DNA of 64,000 nucleotides from Squalus acanthias (Eukaryota). Below the pieces are notes generated by a model. That model saw only the letters and a list, made by a program, of their open reading frames with translations, was not told the DNA's origin and made no database searches. Position 1 is the first letter of the stretch, and every line of letters starts with the position of its first letter. Of this stretch, positions 39,535 to 52,465 are shown in pieces. A program made the translations under genes and the position numbers. The stretch spans positions 107,634,001 through 107,698,000 of the forward strand of contig CM059432.1 of the NCBI GenBank assembly GCA_030390025.1. Reading direction: 5' to 3'.

Positions 39535-39980
39535 AGAAAGAAAGAAGTTACATTTATATCGTGCCTTTCAGAGCCCCAGATCGCCCCAAAATACTTTACA
39601 GTCAATGAGTTGCTTTGTAAGATATATTCATTGTTGTTTTGTAAACAAATGTGGCAGCCAATATGCTCACAGCAAGGTCCCACACACAGCACTGAGATGA
39701 ATGACCAGTTAATCTGCTTTTGAAGGTGTTGATTCAGGGATAAATGTTGACTAGGACACCGGGAGAATTCCCCTGTTCTTCTTCAAATAGTACCAATGAT
39801 CTTTAATGTCTACATAAGCAGGCTGACAGGGACTTTGTTTAAGGCAGCACCTTCAAGAGTACTGAACTCCCTCAGGACTACACTGAAGTGTCAGCCTAAA
39901 TTAGGCGCTTATGTCTTGGGATAGGACTTAGAACTTACAATCTCTGACTCAGAAACAAGAGTGCTACCATTGAGCTGAGA
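39535..39980 (-). mobile_element. Deu-domain SINE
   Basis: Reverse complement of the SINE seen at ~23185-23545 and ~52192-52465. Confidence 0.75.
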
Positions 39981-40354
39981 TGATATTTAGCCCTGATCCA
40001 GCTAGCATCAGTGTAAATCTGCACACATCTGGTTATATATAGAGATATTTTGTGGCATTCTTACAAAGTGCTTATTCTGTCACAGTGGGAAACATGGTCT
40101 TCCAGTAGAGTGTGATCTGACAAAAGACCATCATCTGCCAATAGAGTGTAGGCTGCTAATAGTTCTTTGTAACTTGCTTTGAGTCACTATTTTCTGTGCC
40201 AGAATTCTCTTAGTGTTAGTGGTAAGTTCAAACTCAGAGGACTGTAGCAACTTCTACAATAGCAAAATACTGCAGATGCTGGAAATCTGAAATAACAACA
40301 GAAAATGCTGGAAGCACTCAGCAGGCCAGGCAGCATCCGTGGAGAGAGAAACAG

Positions 40355-40391
40355 AGTTAACGTTTCAGGTCTGGGACCCTTCATCAGAACT
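40355..40391 (-). ncRNA. minimal type I hammerhead ribozyme
   Basis: Minus strand reads AGTT-CTGATGA-AGGGTCCCAGACCT-GAAACGTT-AACT. Confidence 0.8.
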
Positions 40392-40554
40392 GGAAAAAGC
40401 TGGAGATGTAACAGATATTAAGCAGGTGCAGAGACAGGGTGGGAGGGGAGGAAGGAATTGAAGGAATATACTGTGCTAAGGTAAGAGGCAGGAAAGATAA
40501 AATGTTGCAAATGGGAATGGCAAAATCATACAGCATGAAAAATGGGGGCAGGGG

Positions 40555-43305
40555 TTATAGTTTGAAATTGTTGAACTCAATGTTGAGTCCAGAAGGCTGT
40601 AAAGTGCCTTATCGAAAGATGAGGTGCTGTTCCTCGAGCTTACGTTGAGCTTCATTGGAACAATATAAGAGGCCGAGGATGGAAAGATCAGAGTGGGAGT
40701 GAAGCAGAGAATTAAAGTGACAGGCGACCGGAACCTCAGGGTTACCCTTACGGACTGAACGGAGGTGTCCGCAAAGCGGTCGCCCAATCTGCGTTTGGTC
40801 TCCCCAATGTAGAGGAGACGGCATCGTGAGCAGCGAATACAGTATACTAAATTGCAAGAAGTACAAGTAAATCGCTGTTTCACCTGGAAGGGGTGTTTGG
40901 GGCTCTGGACAGTGGGAAGGGAGGAGGTAAAAGGGCAGGTGTTACATCTCCTGCGCTTGCATGGGAAGGTGCCGGGTGAAGGGGAAGAGCTGTTAGGGGT
41001 GATTGAGGAGTGGACCAGGATGTCGCGGAGGGAGCGGTCCCTTCGGAATGCTGAAAGGGGAGGTGAGGGGAAGATGTGTTTGGTGGTTGGATCACGTTGG
41101 AGGTGGCGGAAATGGCGGAGGATGATCCGTTGAATGTGGAGGCTGGTGGGGTGAAAGGTGAGGACAAGGGGAACCCCATCGTGGTTCTGGGAGGGAGGGG
41201 AAGGGGTGAGAGCAGAAGTGCGGGAAATGGAACGGACACGGTCAAGGGCCGTGTCAACCACAGTAGAGGGGAATCCTCGGTTGAGGAAAAAGGAAGACAT
41301 GTCGGAAGCACTGGTATGGAAGGTGGCATCGTCAGAACAGATGCGGCGGAGATGGAGAAACTGGGAGAATGGAATAGAGTCCTTACAGGAAGCGGGGTGG
41401 GAGGAAGTGTAGTCCAGGTAGCTGTGGGAGTCAGTGGGCTTGTAGTGGATGTTTGACGATAGCCGATCGCCAGAAATGGAGACAGAGAAGTCAAGGAAGG
41501 GAAGAGAAGAGTCAGAGATGGACCATGTGAAGGTGAGGGAAGGGTGGAAATTTGAAGTAAAGTGAATGAACTTTTCTAGTTCAGGACGAGAGCAGGAAAC
41601 AGCACCGATACAGTCATCGATGTACCGGAAAAAGAGGTGAGGGAAGGGACCTGAGTAGGACTGGAACAAAGAATGTTCCACATATCCCATGAAAAGGCAG
41701 GCATATCTAGGGGCCATGCAGGTTCCCATAGCAACACCTTTAATTTGGAGGAAGTGAGTGGAGTCAGAGGAGAAGTTGTTCAATGTTCAGCCAGGCAGAG
41801 GAGGGTGGTGGTGGATGGGGACTGGTTGAACCTCTGTTCAAGGAAGAAGCCCTCTGGCCGTCCTGGTGGGGGATGGAGGGCTAAAGGGATTGGACGTCCA
41901 TAGTGAAAAGGAAACGGTTGGGGCCAGGAAACTGGAAACTGTTAAAGTGGCGGAGGGTGTCGGAAGAGTCGCGAATGTAGGTGGGAAGAGACTGGACAAG
42001 GGGAGAAAAAATAGTCGAGATAGGAAGAGATAAGTTCCGTGGGGCAAGAACAGGCTGAAACGATGGGTCTACCAGGGCAGTCCTGTTTGTGGATATTGGG
42101 AAGGAGGTAGAAGCGGGCTGTGCGGGGTTGGGGAACTATGAGGTTGGCGGCCGTGGAGGGAAGATCTCCAGAGGAGATGAGATCAGTGACAGTCTTGGAA
42201 ACAATGGCTTGATGTTTGCTAGTGGGGTCATGGTCCAGGCGGAGGTAGGAGGAGGTGTCGGAGAGTTGGTGTTCAGCTTCCGCACGGTAGAGGTTGGTTC
42301 GCCAAACAACAACAGCACCACCCTTATCAGCAGGTTTAATGATAATGTTAGGGTTGGATTGGAGAGAACAGAATGCTGCAAGTTCAGAGGGAGGTAGGTT
42401 GGAGTGAGAGAGGGGAGCAGAGAAATTGAGACGGCCGATGTCACGCCGGCAGTTAGCAATTTAAAGATCTAGAGAGGGTAAGAGGCCAGAGGGAGGGGTC
42501 CAGGTAGAACGGGAATTCTGAAAGTGGGACAAAGGGTCAGCCGTGCGGGGGGTGGGGGTGGGGGGGGGGGGGGGCGCGGGGGAAGACTCCTGGCCAAAGA
42601 AGTGGGCACGGAGACGAAGACGACGGAAAAAGAGCTCAGCATCGTGCCGAGCTTGAAATTTATTGAGTTGGGGGCGTAAGGGGATGAAGCTCAGGCCTTT
42701 GCTGAGGACTGATCGTACGGGGTAAGAGAGGGGAGGGTCAGAGGGGATAGTGAAAACACGGCAGGGGGTGAGATTGGAAGAAGGGATGGGGTCAGAGGAA
42801 AGTAAAGGGGAAGAAGGTTCCAAAGGGGCATTGGTGTCCAAGAGTTGCTGAAGCTTGCGATCCTTGACATCAGAAAGGAAGAAAAAAAGTTTTTTGTTGA
42901 AGCGTCGGATGAGTCGAAGGATGAAATGGAACTGTGGACCCGGACAGCTTTGAGAAAGAGTGAGTCGGTGCTGCTGAAGAGAGAGGTCGAGAGTGTTCAT
43001 GTGGCGGCACATGGCATTGAGCATGGATCTCAGGATGCGGCGAGAGCAGTAGTTCGAGGAACGCTGAATATCTTGGAGATATTTATAATCCTGGGTGGAT
43101 CCGAAACACGAAGGGTGGAAGTTCAGTCATAATCCACGTAGAATAAGTCGGAACCGGAGACAGTTGCTGAGGAAAGAGATGTGGCTGTGAAACCGAGTCT
43201 TGGCAGATATCTGATCAAACACGAGAAGGGAAACTGAAAGCAATGAAGATGAACAAGGTTGAAGTCCCGTCGGAGAGAAGAGGAGAACTTCTTCAAGGTG
43301 GGCAT
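40555..43305 (-). pseudogene. Penelope RT / GIY-YIG endonuclease ORF, frameshifted
   Basis: LSKGLSFIP, QIKGVAMGT, FRYIDDCIG, LPFLDF, YKPTDSHSYL, CKRRRCNTC, LVYCIRCSRC..YIGETKRRLGDRF. Confidence 0.92.
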
Positions 43306-43835
43306 TCCTAGCAGAGAGGTGGTAGTGAACCAAACACTAATACAATAGCAAAATATGATGAAGGGTCCCAGACCTGAAACAATGGGCCAGAAATTCGTCT
43401 CTCCGGCTTCCCGCGGGTGCAAGAATCACGCGCGTACTTACATACCGCGCCTGCCGTTGTGCTTCGGGCCTGCATGGAATTCGGCTCCTGGGCCTCCTCC
43501 AGCTGCCAGCGCGCAGTGCTTGCGTATCCCAGGGGTGCAGTTAGTTTGAAGCGTCCCCTGGGATCATGTGGGCCATGGAGAGCCATGGAACAGCACCTCC
43601 TCTTTCGATTAGGCATTTTACAGCCTTCTGGACTCAACATTGAGTTCAACAATTTCAAATTATAACCCCTGCTCCCATTTTTCATGCTGTATGATTTTGC
43701 CATCCCCATTTGCAACATTTTATCTTTCCTGCCTCTTATTAGCACAGTATGTTCCTTCAATTCCTTCCTCCCCTCCCACCCCCCCCTCCCTTTCTCTGCT
43801 CCTGCTTAATATCTGTTACATCTCCAGCTTTTTCC

Positions 43836-43872
43836 AGTTCTGACGAAGGGTCCCAGACCTGAAACGTTAACT
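43836..43872 (+). ncRNA. minimal type I hammerhead ribozyme
   Basis: AGTT-CTGACGA-AGGGTCCCAGACCT-GAAACGTT-AACT in the inverted pLTR. Confidence 0.8.
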
Positions 43873-43960
43873 CTGTTTCTCTCTCCACGGATGCTGCCTG
43901 GCCTGCTGAGTGTTTCCAGCATTTTCTGTTGTTATTTGTAGCAACTTCTTGCCTGAGTGG

Positions 43961-46900
43961 TACCCGAATAGGATGTTGTCTACCTGAATAGGATACTGTC
44001 TATCGGAATAGGATGTTGTCTACCTGAATAGGATACTGTCTATCGGAATAGGATGTTGTCTACCTGAATAGGATACTGTCTATCGGAATAGGATGTTGTC
44101 TACCCGAATAGGATACTGTCTATCGGAATAGGATGTTGTCTACCTGAATAGAATACTGTCTATCGGAATGGGATGTTGTCTACCTGAATAGAATACTGTC
44201 TATCGGAATAGGATGTTGTCTACCTGAATAGAATATTGTCTATCGGAATAGGATGTTGTCTACCTGAATAGGATACTGTCTATCGGAATAGGATGTTGTC
44301 TACCTGAATAGGATACTGTCTATCGGAATAGGATGTTGTCTACCTGATTAGAATACTGTCTATCGGAATAGGATGTTGTCTACCTGAATAGAATACTGTC
44401 TATCGGAATAGGATGTTGTCTACCTGATTAGGATACTGTCTATCGGAATAGGATGTTGTCTACCTGAATAGAATACTGTCTATCGGAATAGGATGTTGTC
44501 TACCTGAATTAGAATATTGTCTATCGGAATAGGATGTTGTCTACCTGAATAGAATACTGTCTATCGGAATAGGATGTTGTCTACCTGAATAGGATACTGT
44601 CTATCGGAATAGGATGTTGTCTACCTGAATAGAATACTGCCTGTCGGAATAGGATGTTGTCCACCTGAATAGAATACTGTCTATCGGAATAGGATGTTGT
44701 CTACCTGAAAAGAATACTGTCTATCGGAATAGGATGTTGTCTACCTGATTAGAATACTGTCTATCGGAATAGGATGTTGTCTACCTGAATAGAATACTGT
44801 CTATCGGAATAGGATGTTGTCTACCTGATTAGGATACTGTCTATCGGAATAGGATGTTGTCTACCTGAATAGAATACTGTCTATCGGAATAGGATGTTGT
44901 CTACCTGAATAGAATACTGTCTATCGGAATAGGATGTTGTCTACCTGAATTAGAATATTGTCTATCGGAATAGGATGTTGTCTACCTGAATAGAATACTG
45001 TCTATCGGAATAGGATGTTGTCTACCTGAATAGGATACTGTCTATCGGAATAGGATGTTGTCTACCTGAATAGAATACTGCCTATCGGAATAGGATGTTG
45101 TCTACCTGAATAGAATACTGTCTATCGGAATAGGATGTTGTCTACCTGAATAGAATACTGTCTATCGGAATAGGATGTTGTCTACCTGAATAGAATACTG
45201 TCTATTGGAATAGGATGTTGTCTACCCGAATAGAATACTGTCTATCGGAATAGGATGTTGTCTACCTGATTAGGATACTGTCTATCGGAATAGGATGTTG
45301 TCTACCTGAATAGAATACTGTCTATTGGAATAGGATGTTGTCTACCTGATTAGGATACTGTCTATCGGAATAGGATGTTGTCTACCTGAATAGGATACGG
45401 TCTATCGGAATAGGATGTTGTCTACCTGAATAGGATACTGTCTATCGGAATAGGATGTTGTCTACCTGATTAGGATACTGTCTATCGGAATAGGATGTTG
45501 TCTACCTGAATAGGATACTGTCTATCAGAATAGGTTGTTGTCTACCTGATTAGGATACTGTCTATCGGAATAGGATGTTGTCTACCTGAATAGAATACTG
45601 TCTATCAGAATAGGATGTTGTCTACCTGATTAGGATACTGTCTATCGGAATAGGATGTTGTCTACCTGATTAGGATACTGTCTATCGGAATAGGATGTTG
45701 TCTACATGAATAGAATACTGTCTATCGGAATAGGATGTTGTCTACCTGATTAGGATACTGTCTATCGGAATAGGATGTTGTCTACCTGAATAGGATACTG
45801 TCTATCGGAATAGGATGTTGTCTACCTGAATAGGATCCTGTCTATCGGAATAGGATGTTGTCTACCTGAATAGGATACTGTCTATCGGAATAGGATGTTG
45901 TCTACCTGAATAGGATACTGTCTATCGGAATAGGATGTTGTCTACCTGAATAGGATACTGTCTATCGGAATAGGATGTTGTCTACCTGAATAGGATACTG
46001 TCTATCGGAATAGGATGTTGTCTACCTGAATAGGATACTGTCTATCGGAATAGGATGTTGTCTACCTGAATAGGATACTGTCTATCGGAAGGATGTTGTC
46101 TACCTGAATAGGATACTGTCTATCGGAATAGGATGTTGTCTACCTGAATAGGATACTGTCTATCGGAATAGGATGTTGTCTACCTGAATAGAATACTGTC
46201 TATCGGAATAGGATGTTGTCTACCTGAATAGAATACTGTCTATTGGAATAGGATGTTGTCTACCTGAATAGGATACTGTCTATCGGAATAGGATGTTGTC
46301 TACCTGAATAGAATACTGTCTATCGGAATAGGATGTTGTCTACCTGAATAGAATACTGTCTATCGGAATAGGATGTTGTCTACCTGAATAGAATACTGTC
46401 TATTGGAATAGGATGTTGTCTACCTGAATAGGATACTGTCTATCGGAATAGGATGTTGTCTACCTGAATAGGATACTGTCTATCGGAATAGGATGTTGTC
46501 TACCTGAATAGAAAACTGTCTATTGGAATAGGATGTTGTCTACCCGAATAGAATACTGTCTATCGGAATAGGATGTTGTCTACCTGAATAGGATACTGTC
46601 TATCGGAATAGGATGTTGTCTACCTGAATAGGATACTGTCTATCGGAATAGGATGTTGTCTACCTGAATAGAAAACTGTCTATTGGAATAGGATGTTGTC
46701 TACCCGAATAGAATACTGTCTATCGAATAGGATGTTGTCTACCTGAATAGAATACTGTCTATCAGAATAGGATGTTGTCTACCTGATTAGGATACTGTCT
46801 ATCGGAATAGGATGTTGTCTACCTGAATAGGATACTGTCTATCGGAATAGGATGTTGTCTACCTGAATAGAATACTGTCTATTGGAATAGGATCTTTACT

Positions 46901-47298
46901 ACCTGATTAGGATACTGTCTATCGGAATAGGATGTTGTCTACCTGAATAGAATACTGTCTATCGGAATAGGATGTTGTCTACCTGAATAGAATACTGTCT
47001 ATCGGAATAGGATGTTGTCTACATGATTAGGATACTGTCTATCGGAATATGATGTTGTCTACATGATTAGGATACTGTCTATCGGAATAGGATGTTGTCT
47101 ACCTGATTAGGTTACTGTCTATCGGAATAGGATGTTGTCTACCTGAATAGGATACTGTCTATCGGAATAGGAAGTTGTCTACCTGATTAGGATACTGTCT
47201 ATCGGAATAGGATGTTGTCTACCTGATTAGGATACTGTCTATCGGAATAGGATGTTGTCTACATTATTAGGATACTGTCTTTCGGAATAGGATGTTGC
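43961..47298. repeat. 40-bp minisatellite built from two 20-bp subunits, ~83 copies
   Basis: GAATAGGATGTTGTCTACCT and GAATAGGATACTGTCTATCG alternate throughout; no unique spacers. Confidence 0.97.
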
Positions 47299-47570
47299 CC
47301 CAGCACTACGGAAAATCCCTTAATCTCTGTCAATCAAAAATAGTTTTAATAATAAGAAAAGTTAGCTGTGGTTACATAAAGAGCAAAGGTGAACTAGTGA
47401 AGATAACTAGGGCCTAAAAATTCATGAGTGGAGGTGAAAGCAGTGAGCAACCGATTGATGCAGGAGAGCTTATCAGTCACATACTTCATAAAGAGATTTC
47501 AGCTATAACTTGGGGCAACCATGAATATCATGAACTTCTGTACAACTTCACCAAACCAGCAAGCTGTCTG

Positions 47571-50500
47571 GGTAAATTCACCGATCCCACACTCCCGGCA
47601 GATCCCACATTTGAAGGGAGTGTGGGTTGGGAAATCAGCACTACTGAATTGTAACTGCCCGGTAACTGCAAGGGAACAGTAGCATAGTGGTAATGTCACT
47701 GGGCTAGTAATCCAGAGGCCAGGACTAATGATCCAGAGACGTAAGTTTAAAGCTGGGGAATTTAAATTCAGTTAATTAAATAAATCTGTAATAATTATTA
47801 GTATCAGTAATGGTAACCATGAAATTATCGGATTGTCGTAAAAACCCATCTGGTTCACTAATGTCCTTTAGGGAAAGAAATCTGCCGTCCTTACCTGGTC
47901 TGGCCTATATGTGACTCCAGACCCACAGCAATGTGGTTGACTCTGAAATGGCCTAGCAAGCCACTCAGCTGTACATAACTGCTATGAAACACAATAATAA
48001 GAATAAAACCGGACAGACCACCCGGCATCGACCTCGGCACCGGCTATGGACATGACAAGGGCACACCTAGCCCAGTCAACCCTGCAAGGTCCTCCTCACC
48101 AATATCTAGGGACTTGTGCCAAAATTGGGAGAGCTGTCCCACAGACTAGTCAAGCAACAGCCTGACATAGTCATACTTACAGAATCATACTTTTCAGCCA
48201 ATGTCCCAAACTCCTCCATCACCATCCCTGAGTATGTCCTGTCCCACCGGCAGGACAGACCCACCAGGGGTGGTGGCACAGTGGTATACAGTCGGGAAGG
48301 AGTGGCCCTGGGAGTCCTCAACATTGACTCCGGACCCCATGAAGTCTCATGGCTTCAGGTCAAACATGGGCAAGGAAACCTCCTGCTGATTACCACCTAC
48401 CACCCTCCCTCAGCTGATGAATCAGTACTCCTCCATATTGAACACCACTTGGAAGAAGCACTGAGAGTAGCAAGGGCACAGAATGTACTCTGGGTGGGGG
48501 ACTTCAATGTCCATCACCAAGAGTGGCTCGGTAGCACCACTACTGGCCGAGTCCTGAAGGACATAACTGCCAGTCTGGGCCTGCGACAGATGGTGAGAGA
48601 ACCAACACGAGGGAAAAACCTACTTAATCTCGTCCTCACCAATCTACCTGTTGCAGATGCATCTGTCCATGACAGTATTGGTAGCAGTGACCACCGCACA
48701 GTCATTGTGGAGACGAAGTCCCATCTTCACACTGAGGACACCCTCCGTCCCATGCTAAATGGGATAGATTCAGAACAGATCTAGCAGCTCAAAACTGGGC
48801 ATCCATGAGCCGCTGTGGGCCATCAGCAGCAGCAGAATTGTATTACACAACAATCTGTAATCTCATGGCCCGGCATATCCCTCACTCTACCATTACAATC
48901 AAGCCAGGGGACCAACCCTGGTTCAATAAGGAGTGTAGAAGAGCATGCCAGGAGCAGCACCAGGCGTACCTAAAAATGAGGTGCCAACCTGGGGAAGCTG
49001 CAACACAGGACTACATGCATGCTAAAAAGCGGAAGCAGCATGCTATAGAGAAGCCTAAGCGATCCCACAATCAACGGATCAGATCAAAGCTCTGCAGTCC
49101 TGCCACACCCAGTCGTGAATGGTGGTGGACCATTGATCAACTAACAGGAGGAGGAGGCTCCATGATTATCCCCATCCTCAATGATGGTGGAGCCCAGCAC
49201 ATGAGTGCAAAAGACAAGGCTGAAGCATTTGCAGCCATCTTCAGCCAGAAGTGCCGAGTGGATGATCCATATTGGCCAGCTACTGAGGTCCCCACCATCA
49301 CATAAGCCAGTCTTCAGCCAATTCGATTCACTCCACGTGATATCAAGAAACGCCTGAGCACACTGGATACAGCAAAGGCTATGGGCCCTGACAACATCCC
49401 AGCTATCGTGCTGAAGACTTGTGCTCCAGAACTAGCCGCGCCTCGAGCCAAGCTGTTCCAGTACAGCTACAACACTGGCATCTATCCGACAACGTGGAAA
49501 ACTGCACAGGTATGTCCTGTCCACAGGACAAATCCAATCCGGCCAATTACCGCCCCATCAGTCTACTCTCAATCATCAGCAAAGTGATGGAAGGTGTCAT
49601 CGACAGTGCTATCAAGCGGCACTTACTCACCAATAACCTGCTCAGGGATGCCCAGTTTGGGTTCCGCCAAGACCACTCGGCTCCCGACCTCATTACAGCC
49701 TTGGTCCAAACATGGACAAAGGAGCTGAATTCCAGAGGTGAGGTAAGAGTGACTGCCCTTGACATCAATGCAGCATTTGACCGAGTGTGGCATCAAGGAG
49801 CCCTAGTAAAACTGAAGTCAATGGGAATCAGGGGGAAAATGCTCCGCTGGCTGGAGTCATACCTAGCACAAAGGAAGATGGTTGCGGTGGTTGAAGGTCA
49901 TTCATTATCACAGCCCCAGGATATCGCTGCAGGAGTTCCTCAGGGCAGTGTCCTAGGTCCAACCATCTTCAGCTGCTTTTTCAATGACCTTCCATCCAAC
50001 ATAAGGTCAGAAATGGGGATGTTCGCTGATGACTGCACAGTGTTCAGCGCCATTCACAACTCCTCAGATAATGAAGCAGTCCACACCCGCATGCAACAAG
50101 ACCTCGACAACGTTCAGGCTTGGGCTGATAAGTGGCAGGTAACATTCACGCCACAGAAGTGCCAGGCAATGACTATCTCCAACAAGCGAGAGTCTAACCA
50201 CCTCCCAATGACATTCAACGGTATTACCATCGCCAAATTCCCCACCATCATCATCCTGGGGGGGTCACCATTGACCAGAAACTTAACTGGACCAGCCACA
50301 TAAATACTGTGGCAACAAGAGCAGGTCAGAGGCTAGGTATTCTGTGGCAAGTGTCTCACCTCCTGACTCCCCAAAGCCTTTCCACCATCTACAAGGCACA
50401 AGTAAGGAGTGCGATGGAATACTCTCCACTTGCCTGGATGAGTGCAGCTCCAACAACACTCAAGAAGCTTGACACCATCCAGGACAAAGCAGCCCACTTG

Positions 50501-50983
50501 ATTGGCACCCCATCCACCACCTTAAACATTCACTCCCTCCACCACCGGCGTACCGTGGCTGCAGTGTGTACCATCTACAGGATGCACTGCAGCAACTCAC
50601 CAAGGCTTCTTCGGCAGCACCTCCCAAACCTGCGACCTCTTCCACCTAGAAGGACAAGGGCAGCAGGCGCATGGGAACACCACCACCTCCAAGTTCCCCT
50701 CCAAGTCACACACCATCCTGACTTAGAAGTATATCGCTGATCCTTCATCGTCGCTGGGTCAAAATCCTGGAACTCCCTCCCTAACAGCACTGTGGGAGTA
50801 CCTTCACCACACGGACTGCAGCGGTTCAAGAAGGCAGCTCACCACCACCTTCTCAAGAGCAATTAGGGATGGACAATAAATGCTGGCATTGCTAGCGATG
50901 CCCACATCCCATAAAAACAAATAAAAAAAGCCTCCCTTTGAGTGTGGGCCTCTCACTGGGAGTGTGGGATAAGTGAATTTACC
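47571..50983. mobile_element. small hairpin MITE split by the LINE at 47672-50929
   Basis: Arms GGTAAATTCACCGATCCCACACTCCC (47571-47596) and GGGAGTGTGGGATAAGTGAATTTACC (50958-50983). Confidence 0.7.
47672..50929 (+). mobile_element. full-length tRNA/LF-SINE-headed LINE with a single APE-RT ORF (CR1-group-like), copy 2
   Basis: tRNA-like head and LF-SINE-like body (47672-~47970). Decayed ORF ~47984-50866 with APE (ILTESY, VGDFNVHH, GSSDH) and RT (QFGFR, LDINAAFDRVWH, QGSVLGP, FADD). Tail GCAATTAGGGATGGACAATAAATGCTGGC...GCCCACATCCC followed by an A-rich end. Confidence 0.9.
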
Positions 50984-52191
50984 ACAGAATGGTAACTTCC
51001 TCAAACATTCCTTTATTTTTATACATGGCTAGAGGAACATAAACCAATTCCACTTTGACTCATCGCATTAAGAAGCCCCGATTTTGAAATGACGGCAAAA
51101 CTGGGACTATTCTTTTGTGTATCAGAGATATACAAGGAACAGCTGGGTCCCTACTAAAGACATTTCTGCTGCAGTAAACAACTATCACTTGTCTGTTAAC
51201 TTTTCTCTGTAATCAACCGTTAAAAGGTAATAGTGTAACAAAGGTGTAACTCCTGAAATTTAAAAAGAAAATCGATCTTTTTGAGCGCCTGCTGATTCCG
51301 TATAGATCCTGGGAAAGAGCCCCTCTCAAAGCAAAGGGTGCAGTCAGAAAGCCAGAGGCAGCACAGCCGCCAGTTCAAAACATAGGAATGCCTTATTTCA
51401 ACAAAGACTCCAATAGTTGGAACTCAAAAGAACACTCATAGTTCTGTCTACAAGTTTCTCAAATCTCAACACAGTAAATGACATTAATCATTGAATCATT
51501 CACACCAATATCAAATGTATTTGAATCATAGTAAAAGCAAATTTCTAATAATGTCCTGGTATGCACAAGTTATCACCAAGCCCTAATTTTGCTTCTCACA
51601 TAAATAGTAATGAGCTCTGTGAAATGTATATCTGGTTTTATCCAACATATCCATCCAATCTAACCCACTATATGTAACAGCGGCCACTGTGCTTCTTTCA
51701 GAATTACCTCACTGATGAAGATAACGAGAGGCAGAATTATGTGTTTCAACATTCAAATTGAGAGATTTGCATCACTCTTTGATCTCCTTTCCCCTTGCAG
51801 TCCCTCCCTCCCCCCAGACTCTCTGGCATGCCAGCCTTGTGAAAACACTTCATTCACTGAGTAGATATATGACTGAACGAACAGCCTAACTGTGAAGAGA
51901 AAAAGGAAACTATGGGGGTGAATTTCTTGTCTGTTTTCAGCACTTTAATGGTGTACAAACAGGGCAGGGCATTTTGTTCAGGCAACAGAATTGGATGGTA
52001 GCCATTTCTACCTATTCTCTGCCAATAAAACGCTTTACCCATGTTCCCTCTCACTTTTTGAACTTTCTCGTGATGTTCCGCCAGGTCCCCACCGACCTCA
52101 TTTGCATACATCAACGTGAGGGCCGCAGCAGCTCTGAGTTTCCTGGTTTTCCAATGCTAATGTACTCTGGGTAATTTAGACTGAGGTATAG

Positions 52192-52465
52192 GGTGTCAGC
52201 GGTGGCTCAGTTGTAGCACTCTTGCCTCTACGTCAGAAGGTTGTGAGTTCAAACCCCACTCCAGAGACTTGAGCATGTAATCTATGCTGACACTTCAGTG
52301 CAATACTGAGAGAGTGCTGCACTGTTGGAGGTGCCATCTTTCGGATGAATTGTTAAATCAAAGCCCCCAATATTACTAAAACAGATTATCTGGTTATTTA
52401 TCTCATTGCTGTTTGTGGGATCTTGTGTGCAAATTGATTGCTGTAGTTCCCTGCATTGCAACATT
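52192..52465 (+). mobile_element. tRNA-headed Deu-domain SINE, internally deleted
   Basis: A box TGGCTCAGTTG, B box GTTCAAAC, Deu core. Confidence 0.75.

Larger units (their letters stand above)
40256..43936 (-). mobile_element. Penelope-like retroelement, near full length, with inverted pseudo-LTR
   Basis: 13-bp TSD TGTAGCAACTTCT (40243-40255, 43937-43949); RT + GIY-YIG ORF; ~350-bp inverted repeat at 40291-40633 and 43587-43936. Confidence 0.93.

Noticed and set aside
43961..47298. CRISPR-like array
   Set aside because: Pure tandem units with no unique spacers, no cas genes, and a eukaryotic context.
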